A stretch of DNA of 64,000 bases from positions 62,890-126,889 of the forward strand of contig CAZKLB010000002.1 in assembly GCA_964553685.1 (NCBI GenBank), given 5' to 3'. Each line of letters begins with the position of its first letter. Position 1 is the first letter of the stretch. The notes below the pieces were generated by a model. The model was not told where the DNA came from, searched no databases, and saw nothing but the letters and a program-made list of their open reading frames with translations. This document shows positions 37,800-47,300 of this stretch, piece after piece. This stretch comes from an uncultured Marinoscillum sp. (GTDB lineage: Bacteria; Bacteroidota; Bacteroidia; Cytophagales; MED-G16). Both the position numbers and the translations under genes were made by a program.

Positions 37800-39767
37800 C
37801 TAATATAAAACAATGTTATCAAGATAAAATTTAGAGCTGTCATTAAATTGAAATGAAAATGACGAAATATCATTATCATTGATATCAATACTATAAGTTT
37901 TGAAGTTTATATCATTAATTTTTTTAAATCTTTTCTTGGTTAAATAATCGAACTTATAATTTTTAAGTTCAATGTTGGTATTGAATAGATTAAGGTTGAC
38001 AGTATCAGTTTTTTTACCTTTATTATTTAAAATAATATTAAAATTTGTTGAATCTAATGTGTTTGATATATCAAAACCTAAATTGCTAAATTTATTTATC
38101 TTGTTATTTAATATAAATTCAATATTAGATCTTCCATTTGATTCTATCTTAAAGGCAGAATTTTGTTGACTTTTACCACCCCTAAATACTAGATTTTCAA
38201 GACTATATTTTCCGGAGCTATCTACAGATATTTTTATTTCTTTATTTAAGAGAATATCATCACTCTCAAAATTATTAAGAATGAATTCAGAACTGTAACT
38301 ATATCTTGATATTATTTTTTTTGATTCGTTATCTGAGATTTTATAATCAAAAGAATTAATTAAAGCATCTCTACATCTCATATCCCTCTTAGAAATAAAC
38401 TCACTAAAATTGAATAAATAATATGATAAAATTTTTCTTTGATACCAGTCTGGTAAAATGTATTTATTATTTATTAAATATTTATTAGGGAATCCTACAT
38501 CATTTTTACCCCAAGAACTATTAAACTGAGAGTGATTGGCACCTTCAACTAAAATATTCACATTAATTAAGGAGTCTGATATATTTTTAATTCTATTTGA
38601 TTGTCGCAACCCAAAGAAACTCTCTTCATCAGAATCCATACTCCCCTGAATACTTAGGTAATTAGTATTTTCAAGCTCATAATTTCTCTTATATCTATAG
38701 TCTGTTGGTGCAATAGTTACTATTCCTATAATATTAAAATTATAGTCGAAAGGTAACTTTCCATTATCAGGAAAAGCAGATAGAGTATTATATCTTGATG
38801 CAATATTTACAGCTTCTCCACCCCTCGAATGGCCAGCTATAATTATTTTATTAAAATCAATTTTATTGTATAAAACAGATAAAGAATCTTCATTTAATTT
38901 TTTCAGGTAATTTAAGTTCTCGAGAAAATGCCATGCCCTTGTTGACATTTCATTTCCTCTAAAGTCACCCTCCCAGGACCCATTTAAAAAATTTTGATCA
39001 ATAGAATTTACAACATAACCATGTTTTGATAATAATTCGCCCAAGTAACTGTATCCATCGTCAGAAAATTCTTGCATTGAGTGATTTCCGTGGACAATTG
39101 AAATTATAGGAAACTTTCCATCAGATATTGGGACCCATAATCTTCCGTTTAGGGGAAGATTTTTTTTATCAAATCCCCAAAAATTTTCTCTCCAATTTAA
39201 TTTTGATTGGTTCCAATCAACATCCATAACATATGATGCATCTAAATCATAAGAAATAAAATTTGGATTTTTATACTCTTCTCTATGTTTATCTTTTCCA
39301 TTTGAATATGTATAATAATTAAAGGACAAATCTCCATTTTTAATAAAAAATGTATTGTTGTCACTTTCTATAACTAATTGTTTATCATCAAAGAAAAAAA
39401 ATGATATTACAATTAATATTGATAATCCTATAATTGCTTTGATTTTTTCTTTTCTTAATAAGAAAAAAATAATGTAAAAAAATAATAATAGAAATGTCAC
39501 ATATATCCATAGAGGTGTTGAGGAATAGATAGATTCTTTTAGGTATAGTAATATTATTATTGAACTAATCTGGACATAAGAATATGAGATGTAGTTTAAT
39601 ATTAAGTTGAGTAGATAATAAGCAATTATTAAAATAGAAAATATAATAACTGATGATAGAGGTCCAACATTAATAACTTCACTATTATATGAAGTGAAGA
39701 AAATCGATATAAGCGTTAGAAAAAGAAAGGATTTTTGATATCTATCTAATTGATTAAAGTAATTCAT
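37800..39767 (-). CDS. Polytopic-membrane-anchored alpha/beta hydrolase (GHSRGG nucleophile elbow)
   Basis: The N-terminal ~125 aa carry about 4 TM helices. The hydrolase domain has IIIAGHSRGGEAV. 655 aa. Confidence 0.55.
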   Translation of the reverse strand: MNYFNQLDRYQKSFLFLTLISIFFTSYNSEVINVGPLSSVIIFSILIIAYYLLNLILNYISYSYVQISSIIILLYLKESIYSSTPLWIYVTFLLLFFYIIFFLLRKEKIKAIIGLSILIVISFFFFDDKQLVIESDNNTFFIKNGDLSFNYYTYSNGKDKHREEYKNPNFISYDLDASYVMDVDWNQSKLNWRENFWGFDKKNLPLNGRLWVPISDGKFPIISIVHGNHSMQEFSDDGYSYLGELLSKHGYVVNSIDQNFLNGSWEGDFRGNEMSTRAWHFLENLNYLKKLNEDSLSVLYNKIDFNKIIIAGHSRGGEAVNIASRYNTLSAFPDNGKLPFDYNFNIIGIVTIAPTDYRYKRNYELENTNYLSIQGSMDSDEESFFGLRQSNRIKNISDSLINVNILVEGANHSQFNSSWGKNDVGFPNKYLINNKYILPDWYQRKILSYYLFNFSEFISKRDMRCRDALINSFDYKISDNESKKIISRYSYSSEFILNNFESDDILLNKEIKISVDSSGKYSLENLVFRGGKSQQNSAFKIESNGRSNIEFILNNKINKFSNLGFDISNTLDSTNFNIILNNKGKKTDTVNLNLFNTNIELKNYKFDYLTKKRFKKINDINFKTYSIDINDNDISSFSFQFNDSSKFYLDNIVLY

Positions 39768-40672
39768 TTTATATGATTATAAATTTCAAGAGATACCTTG
39801 GCCAAAAGATCAGCTCCTTTAACTTCATCATCAAGATTTTTTGATAGTAATATGAGAATATATTTTTTCTCATTATCTAAAAAAATTATTCCTGAATCAT
39901 GACGAACTCCTGAAATCCACCCGTCTTTGTGAGCTATTTCTAAATTTTTTGGGAGGTACTTAGGAATTATATCAGAATATTTTTGATTTTTTAAAATATT
40001 GACCATCTCATCTGATATATTTTTGTTAATTATTTTTCCATTTGCAAGATTCTCGTAAATAATTAATAAATCTTTTGCTGTAATTGTATTATTTAATCCT
40101 AAATCAAAAGCTTTTAAATCTCCTACTCCTCTTAGAACATTAATTTTATCAGCACCTATTTCACGCATAGAATTATTAATAGAAGTTGCGCCAATATAAT
40201 CTATCACAAGGTTTGTAGCAAAATTGCTACTTATTGTAATCATGTCGTAAACAAGCTCCTTAAGCGAAATATATTTCCCAATCATTTTATATATATTTTT
40301 ATCGCTGTCATCGAAATCTGATAGTTTAAAAACACTCCCATCAACAATGCTCTTAAATTCATTTTTAACTAGTATCGAATCATCCAATGAAACTTCACCA
40401 TTTAAGTGTTTTTTGAATACCTCAATCATAACAGGAGTTTTCATTGTACTTGCAGCATGGAATTCTTCATTTTCATTTATTAAAATTTCATTGCCATTGT
40501 CTAAATTTTTGAATGCTACAGCAAAAGTTCCTTTCTGTGATTCAAGCATTTTTTTTATCTTAATATCTAGAGAATCATTTCCATTATTATATGTGCATGA
40601 AAAGAAAAAAAAGATGCAAATAGTGCTATATAAAAGAATATTTTTCACTCTTGTTATTATTATTGGTGACAA
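39764..40672 (-). CDS. Class A beta-lactamase-related serine hydrolase (divergent)
   Basis: SxxK as AASTMKTP, an SDN-like ISSNFATN and a KTG-like HKDGW. N-terminal lipoprotein-like signal. Overlaps the downstream gene by 4 nt. Confidence 0.6.
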   Translation of the reverse strand: MSPIIITRVKNILLYSTICIFFFFSCTYNNGNDSLDIKIKKMLESQKGTFAVAFKNLDNGNEILINENEEFHAASTMKTPVMIEVFKKHLNGEVSLDDSILVKNEFKSIVDGSVFKLSDFDDSDKNIYKMIGKYISLKELVYDMITISSNFATNLVIDYIGATSINNSMREIGADKINVLRGVGDLKAFDLGLNNTITAKDLLIIYENLANGKIINKNISDEMVNILKNQKYSDIIPKYLPKNLEIAHKDGWISGVRHDSGIIFLDNEKKYILILLSKNLDDEVKGADLLAKVSLEIYNHIK

Positions 40673-40714
40673 TATAATTATTTTTAGATGATCAATTAAT
40701 ATATGTTTTAAATT

Positions 40715-41845
40715 ATGAGGCTATTATTTTTTCTTTTTCTATTTAATTATAATCTATTATCTCAAGACTTATACTTTCCAGATAATAAATGGAAGGAGGT
40801 TACTCCAGTTTCGCAGGGTTTGGACAATAAAAAAATAGAGGATGCTATTGCATTTGCCTTAAATAATGAGAACTCAGTTAATAGAGATTTGAGAATATCA
40901 ATAATAGAATCTTTTGGAAGAGAACCAAATTATGAGATAAAAGGTCCTACAAAAAAAAGAGGAGCTCCAAACGGCCTAATTATTAAAAACGGATTTATAA
41001 TTGGCAAATGGGGAGATACTGAAAGGGTTGATATGACCTTTAGTGTAACTAAAAGCTATCTTTCAACTGTCGCGGCTATAGCATTTGATAGAGGAATGAT
41101 AGGTTTAGACCACAAACTAAAAAATTATATATGGGATGGAAAGTTTGACGACCCCCATAATAGTAGTATTACATGGCACCATTTACTCAATCAATCTTCT
41201 CAGTGGTCTGGTAATCTTTTTGGCACCTATGATTGGGCTGATAGACCTCCAAATGATTTAACTCTCGAGGAGATAAAAAAGCAAAAATTACTACCTCCCG
41301 GAAAGGCATATAAGTACAATGATGTAAGGGTAAACCTACTATCATATTCATTGCTTAATGTTTTTAGAGAACCTTTACCTAAAATACTTAAAAAAAATGT
41401 GATGGATAACATTGGAGCATCAAGTACATGGAGATGGTATGGTTATGATCAGTCTATGTTAATAATGGATGGAGTAAAAGTCCAATCTGTAAGTGGTGGT
41501 GGTCATTTTGGTGGTGGATTATTTATTAATTCAAAAGATCACGCAAGATTTGGTTTATTATTTTTAAGGGATGGAATGTGGAAAGATAAAAGATTAATAT
41601 CAAATAAATGGATTGAGTTGATGACGGAACCATCTGAAAATAATGAGGCTTATGGCTATATGTGGTGGCTTAACAAGGGATATAGAAAGTGGGAAGGACT
41701 TGCTGAAAATATTTTTTATGGTGCTGGTTTTGGTGGAAATTACGTAGTTGTAGTTCCAGACCACCAATTAGTAATTGTTGCTAGGTGGATAGATTCCTCA
41801 AAAATCGGGGATTTGGTAAAGAGAGTAGTTGATGCTCATAAATAA
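40715..41845 (+). CDS. Beta-lactamase-fold serine hydrolase (SxxK superfamily)
   Basis: Signal peptide and FSVTKSYLSTVAAIA (S-V-T-K). Confidence 0.6.
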   Translation: MRLLFFLFLFNYNLLSQDLYFPDNKWKEVTPVSQGLDNKKIEDAIAFALNNENSVNRDLRISIIESFGREPNYEIKGPTKKRGAPNGLIIKNGFIIGKWGDTERVDMTFSVTKSYLSTVAAIAFDRGMIGLDHKLKNYIWDGKFDDPHNSSITWHHLLNQSSQWSGNLFGTYDWADRPPNDLTLEEIKKQKLLPPGKAYKYNDVRVNLLSYSLLNVFREPLPKILKKNVMDNIGASSTWRWYGYDQSMLIMDGVKVQSVSGGGHFGGGLFINSKDHARFGLLFLRDGMWKDKRLISNKWIELMTEPSENNEAYGYMWWLNKGYRKWEGLAENIFYGAGFGGNYVVVVPDHQLVIVARWIDSSKIGDLVKRVVDAHK

Positions 41846-41897
41846 TAGAAGTCTCTTTCTTTTTTGAAAATTTATAGGATAGTTGTAGATTAGATAG

Positions 41898-44258
41898 ATG
41901 AGATTTTTGACAATATTAACCCTGTTAACATCTCTTTTATCGTGTAGTCCAACCAAAACATTAAAATTAAATGATAAGGTTGAAGTACTTAGGGATAAAT
42001 TTGGTATAAATCATATTTATGCTAATAATCAAAGAGATCTTTTTTATATGCAAGGCTACCTAGCTGCTAGGGATAGGCTTTTTCAGTTTGAGATTTGGAG
42101 GAGACAAGCTACAGGAACAGTGTCCGAAATCTTTGGAGAGAGTGAATTAGAGAGGGATATAGGGACTAGACTTTTTATGTTTAGAGGAGATATTAAAGAA
42201 GAATTAAACCACTATCACGACGATGGTTATGAAATTATAACCTCCTACACAGATGGAATTAATGCATACATCAGTGAGGTGAGAAATAATCCAGAATCTT
42301 TACCAATAGAATTTAAAATTTTAGGTATAAGACCAGAAATCTGGACACCTGCTGATGTAATCTCTAGACATCAGGGATTACTAGGTAATATAGGGCTGGA
42401 ACTAAATATTGGAAGGGCAGTATCAAAAATAGGTGTCGATAAGGTAAAAGATCTACAATGGTTCCATCCAAAAGATCCCGAGCTTATACTAGATGAAAAA
42501 ATTACGGAAGAGGACCTTGATCAGGATATTCTAAAGTTATATAATGCATATAGGAAACCTGTAAAATTTAAAAAAGAATATCTACTAGAGGAGTTCAGAA
42601 AAGATGAGGATCTAGAAGTTTCTTTTTTAGAAAATAATAAAAATTTAGAAGATGAATTTAGTATTGGAAGTAATAATTGGGTTATTTCAGGAAAAAAGTC
42701 AGAGAGTGGGTATCCCATTTTAGCAAATGATCCTCACAGAACTATTGTAGCTCCTTCACTTAGATATTTAACTCATCTAGTAGCACCAGGATGGAATGTC
42801 ATTGGCGGTGGAGAACCTGAAATTCCTGGTATTTCAATTGGGCATAATGGTTACGGGGCATGGGGACTTACTGTTTTTAGAACAGATGCCGAGGACTTGT
42901 ATATATACGAATTAAATCCAGAAAATTCTAAACAATATTTTCATAAAGGTGAATGGGTTGACTTTAATATAATTAAGGAATCAATACCTGTAAAAGGAGG
43001 TGAAGATTATGAAATTGAACTATATTATTCAATTCATGGACCTGTGACATTAATTGATGAAAATAGAAATAGAGCCTATGCTGTAAGATGTGGATGGCTT
43101 GAAGTAGGTGGATCACCGTATTTGGCTTCTTTAAGAATGAATCAGTCAAATTCATGGGAGGAGTTTAGAGAAGCATGTAATTACAGCAATATTCCAGGAG
43201 AGAATATGATTTGGGCAGATAAGGATGGTAATATTGGTTGGCAGGCTGTAGGAATTGCTCCAATCAGAAATACGCATAGTGGTATGGTCCCAGTAATGGG
43301 TGATGGGAGGTATGAGTGGGATGGTTACCTACCAATAATTGAAAAACCAAATGATTTTAATCCAGATAATGAGTTTTTAGCTACTGCAAATGAAAATGTA
43401 ACACCACTTTCTTATGATAAGTGGAATGCGATTGGATTTTCGTGGGCCGATCCTTTTAGAGGAGACAGAGTTGATGAATTCCTTGTAGATTCTAAAAAAT
43501 TTACCATGCAAGATATGATTGACTTACAAGTAGATTATTATTCTCCTCCAGCATTTTATCTTACTGGTATGTTGAGCAGATTAATTAATTATGATGAAAA
43601 TTTCCTAAAAGAATATGATGATTACATATGGAGGTTGATAAAATGGGATAATAAACTTAATAAAAATTCTGTAGAAGCTACTATATACGTTAATTGGGAG
43701 AGAAACATAATCAATGAGTTTAATAAAGAATATGTTCCAGAAAAAGTAAAAGGATTGATAAGAGTTCAACTATTTAAGATCATGAATAAATTATATAATA
43801 TGGATGAAAAGTTGAGAAATAACTTTTTAAAAAAAACATTCATATCTTCGATCAATGATTTAAAATCAAAATTTGGAGATAAGACAGATGATTGGGTTTA
43901 TGGACAAGATGGATATAAACATATTAAAGTGAAACATCCTCTGGAAGAAATAGTGAATGATTCCATCTATAAAATTTTAAGTTTTCAAAAATACCCAAGA
44001 GGTGGAAACGGATATACTGTTGGGGCAACAGGTTCAAACTTAAGTCAATCTCATGGCGCAACTTTTAAAGTTATAATAGATACTAAAGACTGGGATAATT
44101 CATTAGCATCCAATTCTCCAGGTCAATCTGGAGACCCGAGTAGCCTATTTTATAGAAATCTTTATAAGGATTGGGCAGAAGATAAATACTTTAATTTACT
44201 ATACTCAAAAGAAAAAATTGAATCCAACCTTCATAGCAGAGAAACATTTTACCCATAA
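41898..44258 (+). CDS. Penicillin acylase family (S45 Ntn hydrolase), possible N-acyl-homoserine-lactone or other N-acyl amidase
   Basis: 786 aa with lipoprotein signal LLSC. The beta-chain nucleophile context is IGSNNWVISGKKSESGYPILANDPH. Confidence 0.85.
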   Translation: MRFLTILTLLTSLLSCSPTKTLKLNDKVEVLRDKFGINHIYANNQRDLFYMQGYLAARDRLFQFEIWRRQATGTVSEIFGESELERDIGTRLFMFRGDIKEELNHYHDDGYEIITSYTDGINAYISEVRNNPESLPIEFKILGIRPEIWTPADVISRHQGLLGNIGLELNIGRAVSKIGVDKVKDLQWFHPKDPELILDEKITEEDLDQDILKLYNAYRKPVKFKKEYLLEEFRKDEDLEVSFLENNKNLEDEFSIGSNNWVISGKKSESGYPILANDPHRTIVAPSLRYLTHLVAPGWNVIGGGEPEIPGISIGHNGYGAWGLTVFRTDAEDLYIYELNPENSKQYFHKGEWVDFNIIKESIPVKGGEDYEIELYYSIHGPVTLIDENRNRAYAVRCGWLEVGGSPYLASLRMNQSNSWEEFREACNYSNIPGENMIWADKDGNIGWQAVGIAPIRNTHSGMVPVMGDGRYEWDGYLPIIEKPNDFNPDNEFLATANENVTPLSYDKWNAIGFSWADPFRGDRVDEFLVDSKKFTMQDMIDLQVDYYSPPAFYLTGMLSRLINYDENFLKEYDDYIWRLIKWDNKLNKNSVEATIYVNWERNIINEFNKEYVPEKVKGLIRVQLFKIMNKLYNMDEKLRNNFLKKTFISSINDLKSKFGDKTDDWVYGQDGYKHIKVKHPLEEIVNDSIYKILSFQKYPRGGNGYTVGATGSNLSQSHGATFKVIIDTKDWDNSLASNSPGQSGDPSSLFYRNLYKDWAEDKYFNLLYSKEKIESNLHSRETFYP

Positions 44259-44263
44259 TAATT

Positions 44264-45676
44264 ATGAAAAAAATCATTAAAATTCTTTTTTTAAACTTTA
44301 TAATATTGTCATGTTCAACAACTGAGGAAAAACCTCCAAATGTAATTGTAATAATTAGTGATGATCAAGGTTATGCTGATGTTGGCTTTCACGGAAGTAA
44401 AGAGATTTTTACTCCAAATATTGATAGAATTGCAAAAAATGGAGTGGTTTTTTCGGAGGGTTATGTGTCGTACGCTGTTTGTTCTCCTAGTAGGGCAGGA
44501 CTAATAACAGGACGTTATCAAAATAGATTTGGATATACTAGAAATATATTACTAGCTCCGAAAGATTCTTTGATGGGTCTTCCATTATCGGAGCAAACCC
44601 TACCAGATGTACTTAATAATGTAGACTATAAGACTAAGGCAATAGGTAAGTGGCATCTGGGTGCGCACGAATCTTTGGTTCCAGAAAAAAGAGGGTTTGA
44701 TGAATTTTTTGGTTTCATTATTGGTGGTCATAGATATTTTCCTGAAGATTTAACTCTGAATGACTTGACTGAGGCAAGAAAACAAATGGATGGATATATT
44801 ACTAAGATTTATGATAACGGAAAAAGGATAGAAACTAAAAAATATCTTACCGAAGAGCTCTCTGACAATGCGGTAAAATTTATTGAGGATAACTCTGAAA
44901 ACCCTTTCTTTCTATACCTTTCGTATAATGCTCCACACACACCACTTCAAGCTACAAAAAAGGATTTAGAGAGGAATATGCATATTGATATTGAGAAGAG
45001 AAGGACTTATGCTGCAATGGTATCATCCATGGATGATGGTATCGGACTAATTCTAGATAAGTTAGATGAGAAAAAATTAACAGATAATACCATAGTAATT
45101 TTCTTCTCTGATAATGGTGGGGTTGAGTGGTACAATTTCTCAGATAATGGACCCTTGAGAGGAATTAAAGGGGATTTCTTTGAAGGCGGTATACGAGTAC
45201 CATTTGTCATGCAATGGCCAAATAAAATAAAGGCTGGTACTACATACGATAAGCCAATTATAGCACTAGATATTTTTCAAACTGTATCAGTAGCCGCATC
45301 TGCTGAAAAATATATTAAAAATGATACTGATGGTATTAATTTATTACCATATTTGACCGGTGAAAATTCTGGTTTACCGCATGAATATTTATACTGGAAA
45401 AATCCAGATAAAGATATTGATGTTGTAAGAGATGAAAGATATAAATATATAAGAATTAAAGATGATGAATTTATTTTTGATTTGAAGAATGATATAAGTG
45501 AGGAAATAAATATTATTAGTTCTTCCAAGCCTATTTATGAAAGACTAAAGTCTCAATTTAAAGATTGGGAGAAAGATATGATAGGTCCAGTTTTTATGGA
45601 TTTGGGAATGGGAAAAGAATACAATAAAATTAATCCTGACAGGTGGTTTAATTCTAGCCAAGAGACACAGAAATAG
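44264..45676 (+). CDS. Sulfatase (Cys-type, arylsulfatase A-like), lipoprotein
   Basis: Signal IILSC, signature YAVCSPSRAGLITGRY, and SDNGG. Confidence 0.85.
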   Translation: MKKIIKILFLNFIILSCSTTEEKPPNVIVIISDDQGYADVGFHGSKEIFTPNIDRIAKNGVVFSEGYVSYAVCSPSRAGLITGRYQNRFGYTRNILLAPKDSLMGLPLSEQTLPDVLNNVDYKTKAIGKWHLGAHESLVPEKRGFDEFFGFIIGGHRYFPEDLTLNDLTEARKQMDGYITKIYDNGKRIETKKYLTEELSDNAVKFIEDNSENPFFLYLSYNAPHTPLQATKKDLERNMHIDIEKRRTYAAMVSSMDDGIGLILDKLDEKKLTDNTIVIFFSDNGGVEWYNFSDNGPLRGIKGDFFEGGIRVPFVMQWPNKIKAGTTYDKPIIALDIFQTVSVAASAEKYIKNDTDGINLLPYLTGENSGLPHEYLYWKNPDKDIDVVRDERYKYIRIKDDEFIFDLKNDISEEINIISSSKPIYERLKSQFKDWEKDMIGPVFMDLGMGKEYNKINPDRWFNSSQETQK

Positions 45677-47291
45677 GCCAACCTTTGAACTGTTCTGATT
45701 TTTTCAGTGAAAGGTCTTGATATCTAGGCCAGCACTCAAATGTCACTTCCTTATTAGGTTTATCAAATTTAATTACTCCAAAACCAGCTCCGTTAGAGTT
45801 TGAATCAGGATTAGCATATGCGTGCATTGTAATTTTATTTTCAAATCCATCAAGATACCTACCATTCCAAGGCAATACCTTATTTGATTTTTTTCCTGGT
45901 TTACCATCTTTTGGCCACCACCACCTACTGTAATAATTATTTACCATAGCTGGAACAAGAAATGCCCATGGTCCATCCTCATACTCATCTACTCCGTGGT
46001 GGATTACTGTGGCAAGGTGTTGATCACCGGCAATATGAACGGCATTTGCTTTTTTTATTAGTTTCAGTGCCTGATTCCTTCCTCTCTGAGGCCAACCGTT
46101 AGAGTCAAGGTCTGCATGGAGTCTGTTATCTTCACTTCCGTGAAGGTGGGCTCCACCACAAAAACCAGTTTGAGACAAGACAGCTTTCATAATAGATTTT
46201 TTTTGGTTTTTACCCCACTCGCTAAGAAATTTATGTTGTCTTTTTCCAAGAAGGGTAAGTCCATCTAAATCAATTGATTTAGGATCATAATCTGGATTTC
46301 TTATGTGATCAGGTCTAGGCCCTTGTTGTGGTATCTTATTTTTAGGCCCAGACTTAAACTTTCTATCCTCAATAATTGCAAAATCAATATTTCCATATAC
46401 CAAATCAGTATAATAAACTCCAATTCCTTGTTCAATTGGTGTATTATCAAATGGATCAGGAAGATGACTAGTCTGAGCTCTCTCAACCATTTTAACATAT
46501 TCATTATGGTAAAAATAACCTCCATCATTTCCAGCAGGAGAGGAAGCAATTTTTCCATTTTCTCCCCATAAATTTCCTTGACCTATATCATGATCATCAG
46601 GAATTGTTATGCAAGGCCTTTCTCTGAATATATCTCGGAATTGCATACCAAATTTAAGCCAAGCAGCAGTATGTTCCTTATGGTCGTAAGACTGATCTCC
46701 TGCAAAAAAAAGAATGTCAGGATCAATATGATTTATATTCTTTACATATTCCTGTCTATCACCTCTGTCTTTATTGCTATTACATGAGAATGCAGCTAAT
46801 TTTATAATGTCTTTTTCTATTGGGTTTTTTCTTATTTTTCCCTCAAATTCAGCGTTTTTTCCATGTCTTAATCTATATCTTACATTTTTTGTGTCGTCCC
46901 AATTTTCAATTTTAAAGGTTGTAGACCAACCGATTTCATTAATTTCCTTTTTTTGAACCTCATTCCAATTTCCACTTTCATAAATTTCAAATTTTATATT
47001 TCGTGACTCATCTGGATATAGTGGAAAAAGTTGAGCTGTTAATTTTAAAACATTTTTGGAAAGAGTGTAAATTCCAAATGCAATAACATTATCTCTTTCT
47101 ACTTTAATATCAATAATTGGATTTTCAGGTCTATTCCACCAATCATTTGTTGAAAGGGTATCCAAATCAGAAAATGGTGATTTTTGGTATTCTTCTGATT
47201 TAGCGTTACTTGAAAAAAAAGAAGAAGAAGCAAGTGCAGCACCTGATAATGATGTCTTCTTAATAAAATTACGTCTGTTTAATTTACTCAT
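45654..47291 (-). CDS. Tat-exported PhoD-like metallophosphatase
   Basis: Tat signal MSKLNRRNFIKKTSLSGAALA and metallophosphatase motifs FAGDQSYDH, PDDHDIG and IAGDQHLA. Confidence 0.55.
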   Translation of the reverse strand: MSKLNRRNFIKKTSLSGAALASSSFFSSNAKSEEYQKSPFSDLDTLSTNDWWNRPENPIIDIKVERDNVIAFGIYTLSKNVLKLTAQLFPLYPDESRNIKFEIYESGNWNEVQKKEINEIGWSTTFKIENWDDTKNVRYRLRHGKNAEFEGKIRKNPIEKDIIKLAAFSCNSNKDRGDRQEYVKNINHIDPDILFFAGDQSYDHKEHTAAWLKFGMQFRDIFRERPCITIPDDHDIGQGNLWGENGKIASSPAGNDGGYFYHNEYVKMVERAQTSHLPDPFDNTPIEQGIGVYYTDLVYGNIDFAIIEDRKFKSGPKNKIPQQGPRPDHIRNPDYDPKSIDLDGLTLLGKRQHKFLSEWGKNQKKSIMKAVLSQTGFCGGAHLHGSEDNRLHADLDSNGWPQRGRNQALKLIKKANAVHIAGDQHLATVIHHGVDEYEDGPWAFLVPAMVNNYYSRWWWPKDGKPGKKSNKVLPWNGRYLDGFENKITMHAYANPDSNSNGAGFGVIKFDKPNKEVTFECWPRYQDLSLKKSEQFKGWPISVSLG

Positions 47292-47300
47292 TAAATAATA

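Noticed and set aside
39764-41845. Beta-lactamase-like genes as an antibiotic-resistance island.
   Set aside because: The motifs are divergent (SSN instead of SDN, KDG instead of KTG). There is no mobile context, and such SxxK hydrolases are common environmental peptidases and esterases. Resistance cannot be inferred from the sequence.
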